DNA of 64,000 nucleotides from Calditrichia bacterium. Lineage in GTDB: Bacteria > Calditrichota > Calditrichia > JAJRVZ01. Location of the stretch: NCBI GenBank assembly GCA_963796965.1, contig CAWCNS010000005.1, positions 768,001 through 832,000 on the forward strand, in the 5' to 3' direction. This document shows, one piece after another, positions 63,496 through 64,000 of the stretch. The translations under genes and the position numbers were made by a program. Position 1 is the first letter of the stretch; each line of letters opens with the position of its first letter. The notes under the pieces are model-generated. The model did not search any database. It saw only the letters and a program-made list of their open reading frames with translations, and was not told where the DNA came from.

Positions 63496-64000
63496 ATGGG
63501 AATTCTGAAAGGTCTGTTTATAATACTCCTCTGTCTTACATTATGGAACTGTGAAGAGGAGCCAATAGGGCCCCATTATCCCTCCAATCCAGCCCCTCTT
63601 ATTAAATCAAATTTTCTTCAGTTGCCATTAGGCTCAATCCAAGCCAAAGGATGGCTAAAAGATCAGCTTGTCTCACAGATGAATGGACTGACCGGCCACA
63701 TTGAAGACTTCTGGCCGGATCTGATAAACTCTGCCTGGAAGGGCGGCCAGGGAGAAGCTGGGAACGCGGTCCTTATTATCTTGATGGTCTCATCCCCCTT
63801 GCCTATATCCTTGATGATGAACATCTTAAAAAGAAAGTAGAAAATTGGATTGAATATATACTTGCGAGTCAACGGGATGATGGATGGTTTGGACCCTCGG
63901 AAAATGCTGATCGCTGGCCATTAGCGCTTACCCTTAAAGCAGTTTCCCAATATCATGAAGCCACAGATGATCCGAGAGCATTAAAACTCATTGAAAAATA
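63496..64000 (+). CDS. GH127/GH146-like beta-L-arabinofuranosidase, runs off the right edge; frameshift near 63755
   Basis: LPLGSIQAKGWLKDQL, GLTGH; shifted frame WERGPYYLDGL, SQRDDGWFGP. Confidence 0.75.

Noticed and set aside
536..63840. About 14 split genes read as programmed frameshifting, phase variation or mass pseudogenisation
   Set aside because: Single-base indels are spread evenly over unrelated genes, several in homopolymers, with no other decay. Long-read consensus error is the simplest explanation; reads are needed to confirm.
1..64000. tRNA, rRNA or known riboswitch
   Set aside because: No cloverleaf or recognisable conserved RNA motif seen by eye; an Infernal/Rfam scan would be needed to exclude them

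Overview
Bacterial DNA, AT-rich between genes, with Shine-Dalgarno sites. The lineage cannot be fixed from sequence alone; an FCB-type organism such as Calditrichota/KSB1 is a guess. Positions 1-45866 form one co-oriented (minus-strand) glycan-degradation cluster. It encodes GH2, four GH29 fucosidases, two GH95-like proteins, GH33, GH97, GH116, DUF4838, four Cys-type sulfatases, sialate O-acetylesterase, NanA, a Kelch-SSS transporter fusion, RhaT, two L-rhamnose mutarotases and three UROD/MtaA-superfamily proteins. From 46684 the genes run on the plus strand and are mixed (XRE pair, GPP34, GHL10, CpcT, GH143-like, MaoC, acyl-CoA ligase, ACT, RimJ, serine hydrolase, META, penicillin acylase, GH127-like). 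About 14 single-base frameshifts or stops, several in homopolymers, suggest uncorrected long-read error. Main leads: (1) UROD/methyltransferase-like genes sit directly upstream of rhamnose mutarotase twice, hinting at an undescribed (O-methyl-)deoxysugar pathway. (2) Most spacers in the cluster hold nested palindromic elements: a ~165-bp MITE-like family with 9-10-nt periodic arms, invaded at similar sites by CCCG..CGGG(ACAGG) mini-hairpins, plus REP pairs and unannotated IS200 and RAYT transposase remnants. (3) Odd proteins: a two-domain lipoprotein mutarotase, HeH/Rho-N-like helices inside a Kelch-SSS transporter, and a sialidase lacking the RIP arginine.
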